64,000 nucleotides of DNA, from assembly GCF_018350175.1 (NCBI RefSeq), contig NC_058383.1, positions 12,154,001 to 12,218,000 on the forward strand. Reading direction: 5' to 3'. Source of the stretch: Felis catus. Taxonomy: Eukaryota. The translations under genes and the position numbers were made by a program. Below are positions 48,222-60,450 of the stretch, in pieces; within the stretch, counting starts at the first letter, position 1, and each line of letters opens with the position of its first letter. The notes under the pieces are model-generated. The model had not been told where the DNA came from, made no database searches, and saw only the letters and a program-made list of their open reading frames with translations.

Positions 48222-49432
48222 CCCCACACCTGTGCAGAATACCAACGGGAGGATGGTTGGCGCGATTCCTGCCCTTGATCTAAGGCCATTTCCAAGTTTC
48301 TGGGGACGACTGTAAGCAGAAAGCCTTGGAAGCAAACCGGCTTGGCCTTTTTGGTTGTTTTGGTTTTTTTTTTTAAATCGCTGGGTTTCGTCAGCAATGT
48401 CTGCCGCTCTCCCACAGAACAGACCTCATGCCAGCTCAGAAGACAGCAGGTGAAGACAGTTGTGCGCGTGTTCCAGAAGCAGTCCGGCCCGGCTCCACGA
48501 CACCCTCGGAACAAGCCCCGTTTTATCCAAGTGAATAATATGGTTTCCCTTCCGTACGCAGAACCATGATATATGGGCAAACTCTGCGTTAATTGGATAA
48601 ACCAGTGGTAAAACCCCCAAAGAACAATTAACTTTCATGTGAAATACTCCCAGCTGAAATCTGGGGAAACTTGCATGTAATTAGTACTCCCTTCCAGCTC
48701 TCCAAAGTATAAAATACAATACATTAGGGCTTGGAACACTAATATCGCTGAGAACACGGCTAACGTGGGGCGTCTAATTTGGCCCTAATAGGAGGATGGC
48801 AGGCCGGTTGGTGGTCTTACCTGTTCTGGCTAATTGTGTTCCGGGTGCTTTAGAAACTCCACGCCCTTGATGCCGTCCGCATGATGCACCGAATCCCCAG
48901 CGCCGGGCTGGGCTAAGTCATGAAATCCAGATTTCGAATTCAGAAGTGACCTTAGAGGTCATGTGATCCCGTTCCCAAGCATCCTAATCAGCTCAGGACA
49001 ATGTGTGAATGACGGCCTCCCGGGGTCACAGCCTCGGGGGTTCCACAGGTCTTGGCTGGACCTCAGCCGTCTCAGCTAAAAATTAGTAAGTGAACACCTG
49101 TCTGAAGGCCACCAGAAGGTTCTGTGGTATAAGCATGCTTGCAAGCCACTGATACCCTGAACCTCTGATTCAACGCGCAAATTCCCTCAAGTGACGGGTG
49201 GGCGGCCAGCCTCTGCTTGAACACTTTCAGGAATGGCTCAGGGACGCAGCGCCGTCCTGGCTCAGGGGCTGCCTGGCCCCCCATGCTGAGAGGGCTTCTG
49301 AAGGATGTATCTAGATTCGCGGGAGGAGAGTGCCAAGCTGGCTAGCGCCCTCTGCCCCGGACACGGGCGGTGATAGTTGCTCTGAATCCCATTCGGTAGT
49401 GCTTCGATTTTGAAGATGAAAACAGCGATCCG

Positions 49433-49660
49433 GGGGCACCTGCGTGGCTCAGTCAGTCGTGCGTCCGACTCTGGCTCAGGTCACGATCTCACGGTTTTTA
49501 AGTTCGAGTCCTGCATCGGGCGCTGCGCTGGCAGTGTGGATGCCTTCTGGGGATTCTCTCTCTCCCTGTCTCTCTGCCCCTCCTTTGCTCGCACTCTCAT
49601 TCTCTCTCTCTCTCTCTCTCTCTGAATAAATAAATTAATTTTTTTAAAAAAAGAAAGAAA
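49433..49660 (+). mobile_element. Can-SINE (older)
   Basis: Head, CT tract and tail. Confidence 0.9.
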
Positions 49661-50180
49661 ATGCTGATTCATAAAAAAAGGGACCCTTACTGTCAGTGTA
49701 TGATCAAATATTAGCGGTATATTCCCAGGAGTACAGGTGCTTGAGCGAGTAGCCACACACATCCAGGGCAATACAGAACTCAGGACAGGCAGCTTTTTTT
49801 CCCATCACGATATCAGAACTTCCTTTGTTATCCGAACAAAGGCTCGTTCAAACCCAGAGCAATCAGAAAGCCAGTGTGCCCATTGTCAAATAGCTTTTGC
49901 AAGCATTTCATAAACATCAGCCTCTCTGCCGTTCCCTCCGCCTTCGACGGCACCAACCCAGCCTGGTCACCGATCGGACTGTAACTGACCTGCCATTTGT
50001 CTACAGTCACTCAACAGAATTATGTAATTCAAACGGTGGCTTTCCCTAATGGGCCTACCTGACTCCTGCTGTTTTGAACTGAGTGGACTTCATCTGTGAA
50101 ATGCTAAACGAGATAGACCGTGATTGGAGGGAAAGAAAGATATCAAAATGTAAAACTGATTGAGTGATCTATTTGTTTGT

Positions 50181-50401
50181 TTTTTATTTTTTTTTTTTTG
50201 AAGTTTATTTATTTTTGAGACAGAGAGAAAGCATGAGCGGGGGGGAGGGACAGAGAGAGAGAGGGAGACACAGAATCCGGAGCAGGTTCCAGGCTCGGAG
50301 CTGTCAGCACAGAGCGCGACGCGTGGCTCGAACTCACAGCTATGACATCATGACCTGCGCCGAAGTCGGACGCTCAACCGACTGGGCCACCCAGGCGCCC
50401 C
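50181..50401 (-). mobile_element. Can-SINE
   Basis: TSD tatt(t/a)gtttgtt. Confidence 0.94.
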
Positions 50402-50409
50402 TATTAGTT

Positions 50410-50545
50410 TGTTAATAACCTCCTTACGAACAGGGAACAGGTCTTACCTACCTCTGTGCCCTACAGTACTTAGCATCATATTTTGTGCACTGGATAGACT
50501 CAAGACCTGTTTGTTGGATGAACACATGACAGATAGAGTGAACGG
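50410..50545 (+). mobile_element. L2 3' end
   Basis: 'cagggaacaggtctta...tacttagcat...tagatactcaa...tttgttggatgaa'. Confidence 0.75.
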
Positions 50546-50588
50546 GTCACATGCAACTCCCAGATGAACCAGGGCTACCTGGGCTCCT

Positions 50589-50602
50589 ATGACGATGATG
50601 AT

Positions 50603-50634
<32 letters not shown>
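50589..50634. repeat. (GAT)n microsatellite
   Basis: Near-pure GAT run. Confidence 0.95.
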
Positions 50635-50729
50635 TGTGTTCTGTGCACGAGCCTCCAAGCCAAAGGTATTACTTACTTTAGAATAAAAAGAATTATGTCT
50701 ACCCACTTCCAATAGAACTGGATGATGCA

Positions 50730-50852
50730 GTGGCACCCGGGGTGGCTCAGTCAGTTGAGCGTCTGACTCTTGATTTCCGCACAGGTCACGATCCTCGGAT
50801 CGTGGGGTCAAGGCCTGCATTGGGCCCGTGCTGAGCATGGAGCCTCCTTAAG

Positions 50853-50900
<48 letters not shown>

Positions 50901-50921
50901 AAAAATAAAAATAAAAATAAA
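50730..50921 (+). mobile_element. Can-SINE (older type)
   Basis: TSD agaactggatga. Confidence 0.92.
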
Positions 50922-51034
50922 AGAACTGGATGACTTAGTGAATTGGTTTAAAAAAGTTATTTGAGCCTTCAGGCTAATGGTTTGACTTTAATTTCTACAA
51001 AACACCTCTCGGGGTATCTTTACTCATCAAAGGC

Positions 51035-51260
51035 AGGAGAGGATAGAGCTTAGGACAGCCCCGGTACCAGGTCACCCTGTGTGACTCCCATCTGTACCGA
51101 CAGCAGCAATTAAACATGTTATCTGTGGTCCGGTTCCTTCTTTCGTAAAATGGAGATCACCATAACCGTGTCTACATCTCAATCGAACGGGTGCGTTACC
51201 ACGGTGAGGATGATAAGAAAGTGCTAAGAACCCAGCATCGCACGCGTGCTCGCGAAGTGT
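51035..51260 (+). mobile_element. MIR
   Basis: 'ttccttctttcgtaaaatggagat...gtgaggat...aaagtgctaagaac'. Confidence 0.7.
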
Positions 51261-51514
51261 GCGTGTACGTAAAACGATATGCTCCCGGCTAATACTAACA
51301 CAAGCCGTCAAATCTCGACAAAGCACCAGAGTGATTGGTAGGATGTACATCCCATCCAAAGAAACCAAACCGATGTTCCACGAAGACTCACTCAGGTCAG
51401 GATCACAACCCATCAGTTCTGCTAAAGCATTTCATCCCATGGGGGCAGGGAAAGGGAGGGTAGAATGGGGTGGGTAGGATTGTGCACAGTGTCATTTGTT
51501 GAAAGCTCCCACGT

Positions 51515-51850
51515 GCTGGTGTCTTCATCAAAATACCACAGACCAGGTGGCTTATAAATGACAGGAAGTGATTGCTTTGAGTTTTGGAGGCTGGAAGTCC
51601 AAGATCAAGGCACCAGCATGGTCAGGTGACGGCCTCTTCCAGGTTCACAGCCGGCACCTTCTTCCCGTGTCTTCACACACAGGAAGGGGCTAGGGATCTC
51701 TCTGGAACCTCTTTTTTAAGGAATACTCCCATTCAGGAGGGCTCCCCCCTCGCGGCCGAAGCACTTCCCAAAGGCCCACCTAACACCCTCGTTTTGGGGG
51801 AGTTAGGATTTCAACTAATGGATATGGGGCCACTGGCGTTGGCAACAGAA
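51515..51850 (-). mobile_element. MLT1A-like MaLR LTR
   Basis: 'aaaataccacagaccaggtggcttataaa...ggaggctggaagtccaagatcaaggcaccagc...cccaaaggcccacc...ttaggatttcaac'. Confidence 0.92.
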
Positions 51851-51859
51851 GGATAAGGA

Positions 51860-52150
51860 AGGTTCCATTCCTATGCAGTCTTCAGTCCTCCCCACAGCCC
51901 TGAAAGGAAGGATTCTTCACCTCAGGTTACTGGTAAACCAAGGAGCGCGGAACTCAACGTGAGTTTTATCGCTGTCCTAACTAGAAAGCACCATGCTGAG
52001 GGTTTGAGCCTAGGCCTGTATGATTCCATAGCTTTCCATTCGCTCACTTCATAGTCATTTGTTGACTGTTTCCTACGCGCAAAGCCCCATGCAGAAGGCA
52101 GAGGAATAAGAACGCCGCCCTCCCTGCCTTCACGAACCTTAAAAGTCCCC
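51860..52150 (-). mobile_element. MIR plus L2 fragments
   Basis: 'agtcctccccacagccctgaaagg' (MIR); 'catttgttgactg...ctccctgccttcacgaacctta' (L2). Confidence 0.6.
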
Positions 52151-52329
52151 TCTTGACTTTTGCAATTACAGCAAACTCACCAGCTATAAAATAAAATCCT
52201 ATCGTAGCGTATCTGGCATGGGCACAAAGTAACCTACGTGTTTAAAGTGTGAAGACAGAGCAGCTCAAATCAAGTCACACCCACTCCACCCACAGTGTCC
52301 GTGCGTGTGCCTGTGAGCGGTGTCGAGGA

Positions 52330-52830
52330 TTTAAAAATAAATGACATCGATTTATCATTAGCGCCTTTTTATATAAGAATGTATCTCAACAGAACTTTTA
52401 ACGACATAAAATATACAGTTTATGTAGCCTTAGGTTTCTTAACAGAACCAAATCAAACCGAATAATAAAGTAAAACGGAATAATAAAATGATCAAATAGC
52501 GTAAGATCAAGTCAGAACTGATTTGGAAGCACCTTTTATAATTACTAGGCTAGAAGCGGTCTCCGGAGATTTGGCAGAACTGAATCATGAAATGAATTAA
52601 GACCATCCCAAATTATTAATACTTTTCATATGCTGTGAAAAGTCTTCCTTAATGCCTCTCTGGGAACTGGAACAAAATGTCTCAAACAGCAGGCAGGGAA
52701 AATTGAGGAAAATTAATAAATGGGATATTGCTTATTGTTTTTTAATATCCATTTGTCAAATCCTTTGAACGTTTATGGACCTTTATTCTTTTCAAAGAAA
52801 CTTCAAGTGCCTTCAAGTGCACTTAATCTC
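52330..52830. promoter_or_regulatory. Candidate enhancer: AT-rich homeodomain/TCF/NKX2 motif island
   Basis: Repeat-free, with many TAAT/TTTAT cores, CCTTTGAA, TTCAAAG and three NKX2-type sites at 52803-52826. Confidence 0.4.
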
Positions 52831-53566
52831 TGTGAGGTCTCTGGGAGATTTCCGCGAGAGGCCTCCGTTGTACAGCAGGTGGTTAGGGACCCGGGGGGTT
52901 CGACCTTCGGGGTCTGTTCCTCCTGGCTGAACACTGCAGGCAAGTGTCTCTCCTGGTCCATGCTTCCCTGACCTCACCCGCCAGACTCGGGGAAGCAGTG
53001 AAGAATGTAGAGGTTTAGCCAACACCTCTAGGTTTTAATGCCTTTGGGGTATGCCTCAGTTTAGGGTGTTGTGGCCACACGGGCCTCAAGGAGTCCCCTG
53101 GCCGGTGGCTGAATGGAGAAGTGGGACTCAGGCCAGGTCATTTCCGCCTCATGAAGGACTCCTCCAGAGGGCAGCCTGTGCTCTCAAACTCCCCACGGGG
53201 CTGGCAGAGACTTGGCGAGTTCTGCGTTGGCCCAACAGCTCCCCTCTGACAGATCCAGCTTCCTTCCACCTTCCCATTCAGGGATGTTACTCCCAGTAAA
53301 CCTACATCCCTTCCGTCCTCGGACCATCTGCTTCCAGCGACTGCCTATCACCAACAGCGCCTGCCTAGAAGAACCACCATTAAGACAATATGGGTGAAGA
53401 TTGGAGTCCAGACTTGGCACCTGGGAAGTTACCCAATAAACATTAGCTACTGCAGATATCGCTACCCTTGCTGTGTGCTTGGAGGAGAGGAGGCAGTGCT
53501 GTTGAGTGATCAACCAATGGAACCAATTCCTTCTACCAGTCAGCCATTTGAGAAGATGCCATCTCG

Positions 53567-53817
53567 ATGGTGCCTGGGTGGCTCCGTCGGTTGAGCGTCC
53601 GACCTCGGCTCGGGTCATGATCTCGCGGTTCGTGGGTTCCAGCCCCACGTCGGGCTCTGTGCTGACGGCTCAGAGCCTGGAGCCCGCTTTGGATTCTGTG
53701 TCTCCCTCTCTGTCTGTCCCCCACCCCCTGCTCATGCTCTGTCTCTCTCTGCCTCTCAAAAATAAATAAAAAGTGTTAAAAATAATAAAAAATAAATAAC
53801 ACAACATAATATAATGT
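53567..53817 (+). mobile_element. Can-SINE
   Basis: Perfect TSD agaagatgccatctc 53551-53565 / 53818-53832. Confidence 0.95.
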
Positions 53818-54357
53818 AGAAGATGCCATCTCAAAGGAGACTTCCCGACGTCACGTTATTTGACCGTGTGCATCAGTCATAGCCAAGAGCTCATATCTGA
53901 GTCACTTTCAAGGGTGTGAGCCATTTATCTTTCAAGATGGTGCTGGCATGTGTGAGGGAGGTATGCGGGAAGTTGTGCCTACCTTGGGACTAGTCCTCTA
54001 GATTATCCGCTCTGCGGTCCCCAAAGAGACAGAAATCCGGCTCGCTTTCTGCAGACTCTTTGTGAACATGATAATAACCTGTTGGTGTGACCTTTTCCAT
54101 TACGTCTCAATTGATTCGGCCTTATCTTTACAGTTGTGTCTCAGTCAATTGTCTTTAGAGCGTGGGCTTATATATAACCTCTGAATGGCACTTTGTGCTT
54201 TTGAAAATGCACAAAAACTTACAGATGACATGCTGTGTTCCAGCTTCCGCGTGCCAATTTGCTTCTGAATGCCTTCCACCATTCTGAGATCTTAACTTCT
54301 CGATGCAGGACATAAGAATTTTTCCATTCTCCTCCTTTCCCTCCCATTTATTAAGTA

Positions 54358-54391
54358 TTTTTTCTTTATTATAATTTCTTTAATGTTTATT

Positions 54392-54425
<34 letters not shown>

Positions 54426-54586
54426 CATGAGCAGGGAGGGGCAGAGAGAGAGGGAGACGCAGAATCCGAAGCAGGCTCCGGGCTCCGAGCTGTCGGCCCG
54501 GAGCCCGACGCGGGGCTCGACCTCACAGCCATGACATCATGACCTGAGCCGAAGTCGGTCGGCTAACTGAGCCACCCAGGCGCCCC
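54358..54586 (-). mobile_element. Can-SINE
   Basis: Full body. Confidence 0.94.
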
Positions 54587-54735
54587 ACTAAGTGTCTTTT
54601 AGATGCCAAGCTCCGTCTCCAAACTTTACACCTTACCTCATTCGCTGTCCCCAAAACTCACGAGGTAGGTGTTGCATAAAGAAACCGAGGCCAGAGAGGT
54701 TCGGCGTCTTGCCTGAGGTCACCTAGTTGGCAGGT
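54587..54735 (-). mobile_element. MIR
   Basis: 'aagaaaccgaggccagagaggtt...cttgcctgaggtcac'. Confidence 0.8.
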
Positions 54736-55128
54736 TTCTGTGTCATTTGGGGACCATAGCTATAAGTAACAAATGATGAATATGTGCTGGTGGGAAAGGG
54801 TTTTGTTAAAAAGGTATCAAAAATTGTTAATGAATGATGAGGGCAATACTACTAAGTATTGGAAACAATAGTTTGGGGGGGGGGCTGTCAGGAGGCTCAC
54901 AGAAATATTGAGAGGCAGAAGCCCAAGAACAATGCCCCATACTTCACTCAGCGGCTCCCCCCCACACCTTGTTCTTGTGAGTCCCAAGCTCAAGTCCGGT
55001 CCGGGCACCTCTGATGAACTGGACCGAAGTCACAAGCCCGAGCCTGGGAAAACGCATGTTCCAGTACCGTCAGCCTGTCAGTGGGAGAGGGTCTTTGCCC
55101 GTCACCAGGTCTCTGAAACACCGGCAGG

Positions 55129-55634
55129 TGTGGAAGGCAGAAAAATGCCCTCCGCCCCAAAGATGGTCAAAGACATTACGAGTATATACGGGTAAGGTTA
55201 ACTGGCAGAGAGAAATTAAGGAAGCAGGTGGAGTTGAGTTTGCTAGTCAACTGACCTTGAAACAGGAAGATTGCCCTGGATGATCCAAATGGATCTCACG
55301 TAATCACGAGGGTCCTTCCAGGTGGAAAAGGTCAGCGTCAGAGTGATAGAGTAGGAAAAAGCCTCAACCAGCCCCTGCTGGTCTTGAACACGAAGCAAAG
55401 AGCCCACGGGCCAAAGGAATGTGGGTGGCCTCTCGACGCCGGACAAGGCAAGAAAGAGACTCTTCCCCGGGACCTGCGGGCAGGAACGCGGTCCCGCCGA
55501 CACCTTCCTTTAACCCGGGGAGAGTGACCCAGTTTGCGCGCCTGCCCTCCAGAATGAAGGCGTCATAAACCTGTGTTGTTGCCAGCTGTCAACTTTGGGG
55601 CAATTTGTTACAGCAGCAACAGACGACTGATACA
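55129..55634 (+). mobile_element. Full-length MLT1D-like MaLR solo LTR
   Basis: TGTGG...TACA ends, 'gtaatcacgagggtcctt', 'aatttgttacagcagcaa'; intact 5-bp TSD GCAGG 55124-55128 / 55635-55639. Confidence 0.93.
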
Positions 55635-56321
55635 GCAGGTACCAAGACAAACGTCCCCTGGAACGCAGAGCCAGATCTCCAAAATCAGATCTGCCTGTTG
55701 CAAAGGTGTAGGCTCCGCTCAGAACACTGTGCTATAATGGTCTGCACCGGAGACGATTCAAAATGAGGGCACTGAAGGCCGGAGCAGAACCATGATGGTA
55801 GGAGAGGTGTGGCGTGTGTAAAAATAATCTGAGCGGGATACAGAGGAAGCAGAGAGGAAATAAACCCAGGCTTCAGATATGCTGTCTGGTAGGGGACAGT
55901 GAGTTGATACGGGCACGAAGGGCCCGCCAGCCTAAGTTCTGGCTCCGAGTTACCATGTAAACATGCATATGAGAAGCAAAGGTTGGAGGAAGACTTCTAA
56001 GACAAGGTTACGTGGAATTTGACCACCTCCAGCATCCAGGCTCCTCAGGGGCTCCCACGAGATCCAAGAAGGGAGACCCCCACCCAGCAAAATCGTGAAC
56101 ATACTGAACATTTGGGTGGAGGGTCCTGCTTGGAGTAAGTGCCCGTACGTTAACCGCAGCAAAGCAAAACAAATCCATTCAAGGCGCCGAAGAAGCCGGG
56201 GGGGGGGGGGGTGTCTCTAGAAAGTTTCCAGGGCACAGAAGGATGAGAAATGAAAATTGTTGCAGTATTGCTGCATGAGGGCGTATAAAATTCGATTGAT
56301 GTTCTCTATGTTTGGTGAGCT

Positions 56322-56550
56322 GTTTTTCTTTTTTTTTTTTTAATGTCTTATTTATTCTGGAGAGAGAGAGAGAGAGACAGAGCATGAGCAGGGGAGGAGC
56401 AGAGAAAGAGGGGGGACACAGAATCTGAAGCAGGTTCCAGGCTCTGAGCCGTCAGCACTGAGCCTGACGCGGGGCTTGAACCCACCAGCTGTGAGACCAT
56501 GACCTGAGCTGAAGTTGGACGCTCAACGGGCCGTGCCACCCAGGCGCCCC
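56322..56550 (-). mobile_element. Can-SINE
   Basis: Full body. Confidence 0.94.
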
Positions 56551-57189
56551 GCCATTTTCCCTTTCTTTAAAAAATATTTCTAGGGACTTTCAGGTTGCTC
56601 CCTACCAGCCTTGCCCTCCTAGTTTTCTCCTCCATGAGATCAGTGAAGCCTCCACTGCGAATCAAACACAATGGCGACAAAGGGGGTCTGGAAAACAGAA
56701 ACCAAACTCCTGTAGTTTGAAGGAGACCATGAGAAGGGGCTTTGTGCAGAAGTCGGCTTCCATTTCTGCCCCCCAACCATTTGAACTCTGAGCTGTGGAC
56801 CGAGTTTTTCGATCTCTGAACTTTTCTAAGTGTCCCTCAGCAACACAGAAATGGGCCATAAATTCTGATCATATACGTGTTCCCATTGGGCCGTTCTCGT
56901 GAATCTTGGTGTACCCCTAAAATCCAGAAGACCACATCCTTTCCGGCGAACCCCTGGTTTCGTGACCTATGATTTGCCCTGGGTTGCCCTGGGTTCTCTG
57001 TGTGTGTGCCCCACCCCTTCCCTATTTCCAGCCTGGTGGTGACCCTAACGCCCCCTCTCAGACCCTGGCTCCGTTCTGGCCCTGACTTCATGCCCTCAAA
57101 CTGGAGCTGAATGGCGCCCCTACCCCAATCCCGCTCCCAGGACCGAGGACCAGCCTGTAAGGAGGTGAGGGGAGGGACTACCGATTTGT

Positions 57190-57520
57190 CTTTTTCTTCC
57201 CAGACCCTTGGAGCTCATCCAGATTCTATGGGCATCCGAGTTCTGTTTGTCTTTAGAATTTCTAATTTCTTCATCATCTTTTTACCGATTCGGTCTTGAT
57301 TCCTTTCTATACTGTTTTCTCCCTGGGGGATGTGTGTTCAATCCAAGCATCTGCTCCCAGCCTCCTTTTGAAGACTCAGGCAAATATTCATTGAATTTCT
57401 GTTGCATTGTTTTCCTCTTCTCTCCATAAATTATCCTGTCTCCTCTTAGAGGCCACCACGTCTCCCTTACTGAACTCCAGGCTCCTCGTGTGCATGAAAA
57501 ATCCCTCTGAATTTATCTCC
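57190..57520 (-). mobile_element. Very old L1/HAL1 ORF1-like fragment
   Basis: T-rich 'ttctgtttgtctttagaatttctaatttcttca...ttcaatc...ctcaggcaaatattc'. Confidence 0.4.
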
Positions 57521-58289
57521 ATCTCCAATGCAGCCTCACCTTGATTATTTTCCAGAGTCGGCACGCTCCTGCCGCTGTCGGATATTAATGCTCGGGGTCG
57601 CCCCCGGAAACGTTTGCCAACTTTGTTCCTTCCTTGTCGATGAAAGTCTCCCTCCTGCATGAATAGGCTTCTGCCCAAGCATGGAAGAACTCAGGCAGCC
57701 CCAGCCCTTGGAAGCCCTATGCCACACACAGTCAGCAGCCCCGAGCCACGTCTCACCAACTCGTCGGCCCGTTTCCACCCATGTCAGGAAGGGTGGCTTC
57801 AAAGATGAGCGGAATGGTTCGAAGGGCCCTTCCGGCCCCGGCTGCCATGTCTGGGCCTGGGCTATCCCAGAACGTCCCCATCCCGTGCGGGTGCCCTGAG
57901 CCTGAGGCCGATGGGGATGCCCATTTAGACACGGAGTATCGTTCCGGTTACAAATCTGAGAGACAGTACGAGTGTTTTGTGATACTCACTCGGACGAGAC
58001 AATGTAAGAGTTGTGCAAACGTTGGGCAGCATTCAAGGGTCAACCGCTGTTCACACTCCTTGGGATCATATCCCCGTATACCCCAAAAGACACCAGAAGG
58101 AAGGATCTTCTTTTTTGCCAGTCCAAATAGAGACTGGGAAAGGAAAGTTGTCCTTGCCCTTGCGTAACACTGAGGAGCATCTCCCTTGTGACCTGGTTTC
58201 ACAGAAACCCTCACCAGGGCAAGCTAGGATGATACACACAGCCCGGAGGCCAAGGGGAAAACGCCATGGCCCTCGTGTCTGCACAACGC

Positions 58290-58430
58290 TCTACCAATTC
58301 GAGTTGCATAATCCAGGACAGGTTATTCAACTTCCCCAAGCCTCCGTGTCCTCAATATATAAAATGGAAACAGTAATAGTCATGTAACAGGACTGCCTTC
58401 CACAGGAAATGAGGGGATGTATTTGACTGT
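58290..58430 (+). mobile_element. MIR
   Basis: 'ggacaggttattcaacttccccaagcctccgtgtcctc...taaaatgga'. Confidence 0.8.
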
Positions 58431-58949
58431 GGTGTTGGCTCTTCACCTTGGCTTCTGAGCTGGTGATGACCTTCTGGGTTTGGCATTGCAGGTGGCGGTC
58501 CTGCGGGACTTTCGCCAGGACAGAGAATCTGCTAGGCATCGTGGATTTGGGCGAGCCCCCCCCTTTGCACAGACGTGGATCCCCCCTCCAGCACCGTGGT
58601 GAGGTGCGTGGCTCTGGAGCTCAGATCTCGCTCCTGCCCCTGGATGGCTGAGTGATCTCTGGCAGGCAACGAGCAAAATAATAGAACGGATAGGATTTCA
58701 CGAGGATTAAAAGAGATAATCCATGTGAGATATTCAACAAATACGTTCAATAAATATTTATTAATATCTAAATCCTTGATTATTTTGACATGTCATTTTC
58801 CTAGGAGGGGTGGGGGTGAGGATGGGGAAGATGAGGTTCTTTCCCCCTAAAGGAGAAGAACGTGTTCGTGTTCCTAGCACCTCTCCATGGTCAGAGCTTG
58901 GTGGACTGATCCTGTAAACTGTCAGACGAGTAAGGCAGCCACTAGGGCC

Positions 58950-59060
58950 CTCAGCTGACCGAGGAGGAAACTGAGACGTGGAGAAGTTCAGTGGTTTTTC
59001 CAAAGCCACATGGCCAGTAAGAGAGAGCACCCATCCATCCGACGCTTAGCTCAATGATCC
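58950..59060 (-). mobile_element. MIR
   Basis: 'gaggaaactgagac..agaagttcagtgg...ccaaagccaca'. Confidence 0.8.
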
Positions 59061-59089
59061 ATAGCATGCTGGCCCTCGAAGGAAAAGTC

Positions 59090-59620
59090 AAGCCAACGGG
59101 AGCCTAGCCTCCAGGCTGGAGTCAAGATAATTTTCTTTGAAACCTTTAATAAAACCATTTGTTTGCTTTAGTGCCACGTGTAGCTCCTCGCCTTCTCTGC
59201 CTGCCTCTTGCCTCCTCACCAGAAAAGGACATCGACTCATTCGCCGGTCTTTGAGATTCCGAGCGTCGAGCGGAATCACTCTCTGAGGTCAGTCCAGATG
59301 ATTATTTGAGAGACTCAATTTCCTTTAGAGAAGGCACATTGTCAGTTCAATCTACTGTGGAATTTGTAGTATTAATGAATTGAAGTATACTTTAGGGATT
59401 TCTCCCAGATGCTTATTTTAATTTAAGCTCTAGGGGTTTAACTTTCCAAAATACTCAATTTTGTTCATTATGAAAACTAATAACTGGCTTATTTCACTGC
59501 TAATTTGGGTACGAAGGTTAATTATCTATAGTGGAGTGGTCTCGAGCTAATCTAAAGTCTACCTGAACACAGCGCTGTGGCTAATTGATTCCCCCATGCA
59601 CTGAGAAATGACTATCTCTT
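59090..59620. promoter_or_regulatory. Candidate conserved non-coding element / enhancer
   Basis: Repeat-free AT-rich island with TAAT, GATA, FOX, TCF and E-box motifs. Confidence 0.35.
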
Positions 59621-59936
59621 TGTGGGGAGGAAAAAAAAGGAAGCTTCATCGACTTGGATTCTCTTTGTCTCTCTCTGTGTGAAAGGAGTAGAGTCTCTCC
59701 AAGATGGTGGGCAATCGTTCCCTTGTTAGGGTGCGGGGAATCCATGCAGTATCTCTGTTAGAATGTTCCACTCCGTTCCATCTCAGCGTCTCCCTTACGT
59801 CACAAAATGCCCCGTCACTGCTCCCACCATCGCTCCTTCAACGCAAAGTTTGAGGAATATGGATGCGTATGTTACATCATGCTAGCGCAGTCCTGCTCAA
59901 ATCAGAATGCCTTGCCTTCTAAAATACACCCAAAGT

Positions 59937-60183
59937 GGGGCGCCTGGGTGGCTCAGTTGGTTGAGCGTCCGACTTCGGCTCAGGTCATGGTCTCGCGGTC
60001 CGTGAGTTCAAGTGGCGGGCTCTGTGCTGACTGCTCAGAGCCTGGAGCCTGTTTCAGATTCTGTGTCTCCCTCTCTCTCTGACCCTCCCCCGTTCATGCT
60101 CTGTCTCTCTCTGTCTCAAAAATAAATATACATTAAAAAAAATTCTTAAAAATAAAATAAAATAAAATAAAATAAAATAAAAT
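59937..60183 (+). mobile_element. Felid SINE with (TAAAA)n tail
   Basis: Perfect TSD aaaatacacccaaagt 59921-59936 / 60184-60199. Confidence 0.96.
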
Positions 60184-60229
60184 AAAATACACCCAAAGTA
60201 ATGGTAGCAACATCAAAAACAATATCAAT

Positions 60230-60450
60230 GTCTTGTTCTCTTTATAGTTCCCAAAGGGCAAAGGGTTTCCCGCATCTTTCTGAGAGTCCTGGGAAGCACA
60301 TGGGACACGTTATTTATTCCCCTCTTTAGCAGATGGAGAAATTGAGACCCATAGAGACCCAGCTTCCCGCATGAGTCTGTGTGACGCATGGAAATCGAAT
60401 ACTGGTTTCCCGATTCCTAATTCTGTGTGCTTCCTACTCAGTTACACCAC
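60230..60450 (-). mobile_element. MIR
   Basis: 'cagatggagaaattgagaccca'. Confidence 0.75.

Noticed and set aside
49341..49360. CTCF-like CAGAGGGCGCTAG on the minus strand
   Set aside because: Lacks the conserved 5' CC of the core motif.
50587..50838. Poly-His ORF
   Set aside because: SINE plus (GAT)n read in reverse.
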